A stretch of 64,000 nucleotides of DNA from a bacterium (GTDB lineage: Bacteria; Myxococcota_A; Bradymonadia; UBA7976; UBA1532): NCBI GenBank assembly GCA_030427205.1, contig JAUHXC010000036.1, forward strand, positions 16,185 to 80,184. Reading direction: 5' to 3'. The notes beneath the pieces were generated by a model. That model was given only the letters and a program-made list of their open reading frames with translations, searched no databases and was not told the DNA's origin. The position numbers and the translations under genes were made by a program. Each line of letters starts with the position of its first letter. The first letter of the stretch is position 1. Below, one piece after another: positions 59,090-64,000 of the stretch.

Positions 59090-60117
59090 CGGGCCGCCGC
59101 GTCGACGCGGGCGATCGGCAGGACGCCGCTCAGGCTGCCGGCGAGCAGCGGCGCCAGCTTCGCGCCGTCGATCTCGCCGGCGAGCCGGGTGCGGGCCCGC
59201 GACTCGTCCCGCGGATCGACCGCCGCGATGCCCGGCAGCTCGAGGGTCACCAGCTCGGCGCCCGCGCAGCGCTCGAGCCTCACCCGCAGCGTCAGCCGGC
59301 AGGTCGGTCCGAGGCCGCCTCGACGGCAGACGACCTCGCCGCTCGGGCGCGCGAGCAGGCCGCGACACGCACCGCGGTGGGGCGCGACCCCCAGCCGTGA
59401 GAAGCCGTCGATCAGGCCGTCCTCGACCCGCGCGGCCCAGGGCCCGTCGAAGCCGAGCGCCGGGGCGACGCCGATCATCAGCCCCGCCGCGCGCCGGGCG
59501 GCCTCGCCCTGCAGCGCCCGGTAGAGGGCGCGGTCTTCGGCGAAGTCAGCCGGCACGCCGCCCACGATCGCCGCGCGCTGCCAGCCCGCGCGGGCCAGCT
59601 CGGCGAAGTGGAACTCGGCGGTGCGCAGCGCCGTGGTGAACGGGATCCAGCGCTCGGCGCCGAGAGACAGCGCCGGGCCGGCCGCCGCGCGGAAGCGGGC
59701 CGACGGCTCGGCCGCCGCGTCGCGCAGGGCCCCGCCGGCCTCGGCCCGATCGAGCACCGCGACCGCCGTACAGCCGTCGGGGGCCGCAGGCCGCGGGCAG
59801 CGCTGCAGCGCCCGCGGCGTGCGGATGAGCTCCGCCCGGTCGAAGGTGGTCTCGGTGATGATCTGCTGCTCGGAGCGCTCGACCGATCCGGCGCTCGACT
59901 GCTGCGTCTCGACCGTCAGCCGCGCGGTGATGCGGGCCCGGATCTGGGCCGACAGCCGCACCCGGGCGTCATCGGCCGCCGCCAGCGCGGTCGGCCCCTG
60001 GCCCTCGGCGACGATGAATCGGGATTCGGGATACGGGGCGAGCGGGTCGGGCGGGGCATCGGGCGTGCCCCCGCAGCCGAGCAGGCACGCGGTCACGCAC
60101 AGGGCGGCCCACCTCAC
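59086..60117 (-). CDS. lipoprotein, hypothetical
   Basis: CVTACLLGCGG lipobox. GC3 bias. Confidence 0.6.
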   Translation of the reverse strand: MRWAALCVTACLLGCGGTPDAPPDPLAPYPESRFIVAEGQGPTALAAADDARVRLSAQIRARITARLTVETQQSSAGSVERSEQQIITETTFDRAELIRTPRALQRCPRPAAPDGCTAVAVLDRAEAGGALRDAAAEPSARFRAAAGPALSLGAERWIPFTTALRTAEFHFAELARAGWQRAAIVGGVPADFAEDRALYRALQGEAARRAAGLMIGVAPALGFDGPWAARVEDGLIDGFSRLGVAPHRGACRGLLARPSGEVVCRRGGLGPTCRLTLRVRLERCAGAELVTLELPGIAAVDPRDESRARTRLAGEIDGAKLAPLLAGSLSGVLPIARVDAAAR

Positions 60118-61022
60118 TGGGGCCAGGCCACGGCCGCCCAGTGCCCCCGCGCGTCGCGGGCCAGCCGATGCCCGTGCCCCGGCAGCCGGGCGGGGTCGAT
60201 CGGCCGCGGGCTCCGGCAGACGACCACCGCGTCGACCACCTCCGCCTCGCGGGCGCTCGCGTGGTCGAACGCGACGTGCAGCTCGAGCACATAGCCCACG
60301 CCCTCGACGGGATCGGCCCGGCGCTGGCGCAGCAGCAGCTGACCGCCGCCGGCCTGGGTGCCGGCCACCGGCAGGCGGGCCGGGTCGATGCCCACCGCCT
60401 TCTGATGGGCCGCGACCACTGGATCGGCGGCTTTGATCAACGGCTCACCGGCGGCGCTGAACAGCTTCTGCTGCGCCGCGCAGCGCACATCGGCGCCGGC
60501 GTCGAAGCGGATGATCTGGCGGGTGCTGCCCACCGTATCGTCGACCGGCCCCGCGCTGCGCACCATGCCCCGGTTCACCCCGGGGCCTTTGTGGTGCAGA
60601 TCGGCGATCGCCATCAGCAGCGCCGCTTCGGCCGGGGCGCCCACCGGCAGGCTGCTCTCGCCGCACACCGCGGCGGGGCAGGTCGGGCTCGGGCCGGTCT
60701 CTTCGCGATCGAGGCGGCGCGGGTCGTGCTCGCTGCGGGCGTCGGCGGCGAGCAGGAAGGCCCGCGGCCCGCTCAGCGAGACGAGCACCTCGTACAGCCG
60801 CGGATCGTCGGGGTCGTCGATGGCGCGCAAGGGGTCGCGGCTGCCGGCCAGCCGGCGCATCGACGCGGAGGGGGGCGGGATGCCCAGCGCCGCCAGCGGC
60901 AGCGACGGGCTCACCCGCTGCCCGCCGGGGCCCGGATCGGGCAGATCGTCGGGGGCCACGGCGCCGCACGCGGCGAGGCCGGTGGCCAGCGCGGCGCACA
61001 GCAGGAGGGGCAGGGGGCGCAC
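60114..61022 (-). CDS. lipoprotein, hypothetical
   Basis: LLLCAALATGLAACG lipobox. ATGA overlap with the previous gene. Confidence 0.6.
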   Translation of the reverse strand: MRPLPLLLCAALATGLAACGAVAPDDLPDPGPGGQRVSPSLPLAALGIPPPSASMRRLAGSRDPLRAIDDPDDPRLYEVLVSLSGPRAFLLAADARSEHDPRRLDREETGPSPTCPAAVCGESSLPVGAPAEAALLMAIADLHHKGPGVNRGMVRSAGPVDDTVGSTRQIIRFDAGADVRCAAQQKLFSAAGEPLIKAADPVVAAHQKAVGIDPARLPVAGTQAGGGQLLLRQRRADPVEGVGYVLELHVAFDHASAREAEVVDAVVVCRSPRPIDPARLPGHGHRLARDARGHWAAVAWPQ

Positions 61023-61029
61023 CGGAAGG

Positions 61030-61578
61030 TTACTGGTTCTGCAGGCGGTCGAGCTGCATGTCGAGGTCCTTGAACTCGGCCTCGGAGCGCGCCTTGAGAG
61101 CGGCCCGCTGCTTCTGGCTGAGCTCGTTCATCCGGTCGAAGGCGCCGGCGAAGGACTCGGGGTCGAGGCAGACGAGCGCGTAGTACTGCTTGTCGTCGCC
61201 TTCGCTGACGTGGGCGATGCGGGTGCGTGTGCCGACCAGGGTCTGATCGACGATCTGGCGGCTGACCTGGGTGGTGAGCTCTTCGGTGAAGTCCTTGCCG
61301 TCGGTCTCGCCGGACTGCTGGTAGTCCTTGATCATGCCCTCGACCTTGGTGGCCAGCTCACGGGCGAGCGCGTCGCGGCCCCGGGCCTCGGCGGTGGTCT
61401 TTGCCATGCCCAGGTTGCCGCGGTGCTTGGCGATGCCGACGCCGCAGGCGTCGGGCGGGGTGAGGGCCCACTTGGGCGTATTCTCGGGCACGCCCTCGCT
61501 CTTGACCTGATCGCCGCCGCAGCCGAAGCAGAGCATGGCGCCGAGGGAGGCGCCGATCAACGCGTGGAGAGTCTTCAT
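61030..61578 (-). CDS. LPP20-like lipoprotein
   Basis: [22 protein letters not shown]. Architecture and size (182 aa) match the LPP20 family. The 5' part of the track ORF (GSGSG-rich) is antisense to the next gene and rejected. Confidence 0.65.
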   Translation of the reverse strand: MKTLHALIGASLGAMLCFGCGGDQVKSEGVPENTPKWALTPPDACGVGIAKHRGNLGMAKTTAEARGRDALARELATKVEGMIKDYQQSGETDGKDFTEELTTQVSRQIVDQTLVGTRTRIAHVSEGDDKQYYALVCLDPESFAGAFDRMNELSQKQRAALKARSEAEFKDLDMQLDRLQNQ

Positions 61579-61792
61579 TCGGGGGATCCTTTCGGTGTTC
61601 GGCGCGCCGCTTCCGGGCGCGCGTATTGGGTATCGTATGAGCCGTGAGCGGCCGCCCGACAGCGCCATCGGCGGTATATTCATGCAATCGGCCGATCGAT
61701 GGCATTTTTTTCGACACGTCGGGGCGCGCTCGACGTACATCCCACTCGCATGCTCTAATCTGCGCCGCAACCCGCCGATCGAGGACAACTCC

Positions 61793-63016
61793 ATGACGCA
61801 GCGTCTCACCGGCCGACTGGCTTTCCTGGGCCTCGCCGCCCTCACCCTGACCGTCTTCATGCCCGGCTGTACGCCGGACGATGGCGGCGGCAGCGATCCG
61901 GATCCGGTCGTCATCCCCCAGCTGCCCGAGCCCGAGGCGGAGCCCGAGCCCGCCGAGGAGCCGGAGCCGCAGCCCGAGCCCGAGCCCGTCGAAGAGCCCG
62001 AGCCGCAGCCGGAGCCCGAGCCGCAGCCCGAGCCCGAGCCCGAGCCGGCCAAGGACTGCACCGTCGAGAACGACTTCGCCGGCGCGGCCTACGAGCGGCT
62101 GCGCACCGAGGACGACGCGGTGCGCTACCTGTCGTTCTCCAGCACCGAGCCGCCCACCCGGGCGATGATCCTCGAGTTCCCCAACGGCCGCGGCGGCCCC
62201 GTGCCGGGCACCTACGATCTGGCCGAGATGGACCTCAACGAGTGCCAGGCGTGCCTCTTCGCCATCGAAGGCCTCGACCTGCAGACCGGCGATCGGGTCG
62301 GCACGCTGCTGCCCACCAGCGGCACCCTCGAGATCACCCAGGTCGGCGAGGTGGGCGAGACCTTCGTCGCCGAGCTGCGCGGGGTGACCTTCGAGCAGCA
62401 CGACATCCGCGAGGCGCCGCTCGGCGGCGGGGTCAACGCGACCAAGGTCGAAGACGGCGTGACCCTGTGCGCCGCCGAGCAGCGCATCGAGCAGACCGTG
62501 CTGCCCAGCCCGGCCCGGGTCGGCGAGTCGGTGCACGACTTCCAGCTGCAGAACTGCGAGACCGAGGAGTTCGTCTCGATGCACGAGATGACCGCCTCGA
62601 CCCCGCTCTTGTGGATCGTCGCCAGCGCCGGTTGGTGCAGCGCGTGCCGGCAGTACCTGCCGGGGGTCTTCAACCTGATGTCCGAGGTGCTGCACGAGCA
62701 GGCGCGGCTGATGATCGTCGTCGGCGAGAACGCCGCGTTCGACGCGCCGAGCCTCTCGTACTGCCGGCGCTACGCCAGCCACTACGGCCTCGAAGACGCC
62801 AGCCTGTTCTACATCGATCACGACGGCTTCGCGTCGTTCGCCACGATGTTCGGCCACATGAACGTCTACACCGACCAGAACGGCGCCTTCGGCCTGCCGT
62901 GGAACGCGCTGCTCACCGGCGAGGTGGGCGAGGTGACCTACACCTACTCCGACCGCTCGGGGCAGCCCGAGACCCTCGTCGACTACCTGCAGGGCGCCGG
63001 GCTCGACGTCGAGTAA
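61793..63016 (+). CDS. thioredoxin-like lipoprotein with (PEPEPQ)n linker
   Basis: Lipobox VFMPGC. PE-rich tract. [18 protein letters not shown] CxxC thioredoxin-fold motif. Confidence 0.75.
   Translation: MTQRLTGRLAFLGLAALTLTVFMPGCTPDDGGGSDPDPVVIPQLPEPEAEPEPAEEPEPQPEPEPVEEPEPQPEPEPQPEPEPEPAKDCTVENDFAGAAYERLRTEDDAVRYLSFSSTEPPTRAMILEFPNGRGGPVPGTYDLAEMDLNECQACLFAIEGLDLQTGDRVGTLLPTSGTLEITQVGEVGETFVAELRGVTFEQHDIREAPLGGGVNATKVEDGVTLCAAEQRIEQTVLPSPARVGESVHDFQLQNCETEEFVSMHEMTASTPLLWIVASAGWCSACRQYLPGVFNLMSEVLHEQARLMIVVGENAAFDAPSLSYCRRYASHYGLEDASLFYIDHDGFASFATMFGHMNVYTDQNGAFGLPWNALLTGEVGEVTYTYSDRSGQPETLVDYLQGAGLDVE
61925..62050. repeat. hexanucleotide (gagccc/gagccg) tandem repeats encoding [12 protein letters not shown]
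   Basis: Read directly from the sequence. Confidence 0.7.
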
Positions 63017-63033
63017 CCCGCGCCCCGGCCGCC

Positions 63034-63615
63034 TCAGGCCGCCTCCCGGGGCTGCGCCTCGGACCCCACCACCTCCTCGAGCATGACCGGATGGGCGAAG
63101 CGGCAGCCGTGCCGCTCCACCAGCCCGTTGGCCAGCGTCAGCGGGTCGACCGGCGCCTGCCGGGCGTCCGCCCGCAGCACGTAGCCCCGGTCGAGGAACC
63201 GGATCGGACGCTCGACCGCCCAGCCGTCGGCGCGGATGGCGTGCGCCGCCGTCGCCGCCGAGGTGCCCGCCGGAAACTGGGCCACCACCGCGCCGGTGGG
63301 GCACAGCAGCAGCGCCTTGCGCACGAGCACCGGCGTCGCGTCGGGCAGGGGCGGGTCGCCGACGTCGTCCGGGGCGAGCAGCGGCGCGCGGGCGTCGGCG
63401 CGGATCCAGCGCAGGATCGTGCGCCGATCGGGCTCGGGCCGCCCGATCCGATCGAGCAGTGAGCGGCGCACGAGCAAGGCGTGGCGCCGGGCGAGCGGCA
63501 CCACCGCCCACGCCGGGGCGGGCTGCAGCGCCTCGGGGGCGCGGGGCACGACGAAGGCGCACGACGATACGTACACCGGCACCCGCCGACCGGCGCGGTG
63601 AAAATAGGACTCCAT
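63034..63615 (-). CDS. hypothetical protein (193 aa)
   Basis: Strong GC3 bias. No confident domain. Confidence 0.55.
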   Translation of the reverse strand: MESYFHRAGRRVPVYVSSCAFVVPRAPEALQPAPAWAVVPLARRHALLVRRSLLDRIGRPEPDRRTILRWIRADARAPLLAPDDVGDPPLPDATPVLVRKALLLCPTGAVVAQFPAGTSAATAAHAIRADGWAVERPIRFLDRGYVLRADARQAPVDPLTLANGLVERHGCRFAHPVMLEEVVGSEAQPREAA

Positions 63616-63852
63616 GGTGCTGTCTCCTGGTCCGGGGTGAGCCCCCAGCGTTCCAGGACACTCTAGCGGACCCCTGTTGCCACCCCTCCGTCAGCAGAGA
63701 TCGCGGGCGGCCCGGTTTTCCCCTGGTCTACGGTCCCGCGGGCGTGCCGACCGGGCGACAGATCGCCAGCGGCCGCACGTCACATGCAATCAGCGCCACA
63801 GCCCCGCGCACCGAGCCGCGGCTGCTGGTACACTCGTGCACCTCAACACCGG

Positions 63853-64000
63853 GATGCCTGCCTCGATGTCGAACCTCTCCCGCGCGCTGATCGGGCTGCT
63901 CGCCGCGCTCGCCGGGCCGGCGCTGGCCCAGACGCCAGCCGCCCCAGCGCCCGCCGAGCCCGCCCCTGCGCCCGCCGAGCCCGCCCCTGCGCCCGCCGAG
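63853..64000 (+). CDS. partial CDS (5' end): secreted protein with (AEPAPAP)n repeats, continues past window end
   Basis: ATG about 63853 (or about 63865). Signal peptide LIGLLAALAGPALAQ. 21-bp tandem repeat gcccgccgagcccgcccctgc from about 63940. Confidence 0.45.

Noticed and set aside
61579-62061. GSGSG-rich 5' part of ORF 61030..62061
   Set aside because: It is the antisense reading of the (PEPEPQ)n hexanucleotide repeats of the plus-strand thioredoxin-like lipoprotein. The LPP20-like gene begins at ATG 61578 with a lipobox.

Overview
This 64 kb window is a very high-GC (about 70%) chromosomal segment whose gene content looks like Myxococcota (MopE-type CxxDxDCDG repeats, many lipoproteins, Cys-rich secreted giants, DUF1844, a Bat-like operon). 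I support about 50 protein-coding genes. The six-frame ORF track is full of long antisense/alternate-frame ORFs typical of high-GC DNA. I chose between overlapping ORFs using recognisable domains, third-position GC bias, RBS/start-codon context and translational coupling. Internal start coordinates were computed from amino-acid offsets in the ORF track. Coordinates read directly off the sequence lines (repeats, palindromes, promoters) could be off by 1. Main features, in order: two secreted Lys/Ala-rich proteins; a metallophosphoesterase convergent with a class III nucleotidyl cyclase; a five-gene SiaABC-like partner-switching operon with an unusual STAS-methyltransferase fusion; a giant MopE-repeat/fibrinogen-domain lipoprotein; recC; a MATE transporter; a HEAT protein; P450 and gamma-glutamyltransferase genes; a WYL regulator next to a 2 kb low-GC islet carrying an AbiL-like ATPase + RloB defence pair; an HtrA protease; a complete MoxR-DUF58-BatA-E-like operon; a beta-lactamase-family hydrolase; a collagen-like/phage-tail-fibre-repeat secreted protein coupled to a 1149-aa Cys-rich lipoprotein; CapA; recQ; an M48 peptidase; an animal-type haem peroxidase with a perfect palindromic operator; UspA; HupE/UreJ; and a cluster of redox lipoproteins. 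I found no rRNA, tRNA, CRISPR array, integrase or transposase. The most interesting candidates are the low-GC defence islet with its WYL neighbour, the Sia-like switch with a methyltransferase output, and the tail-fibre-like/Cys-rich secreted gene pair.
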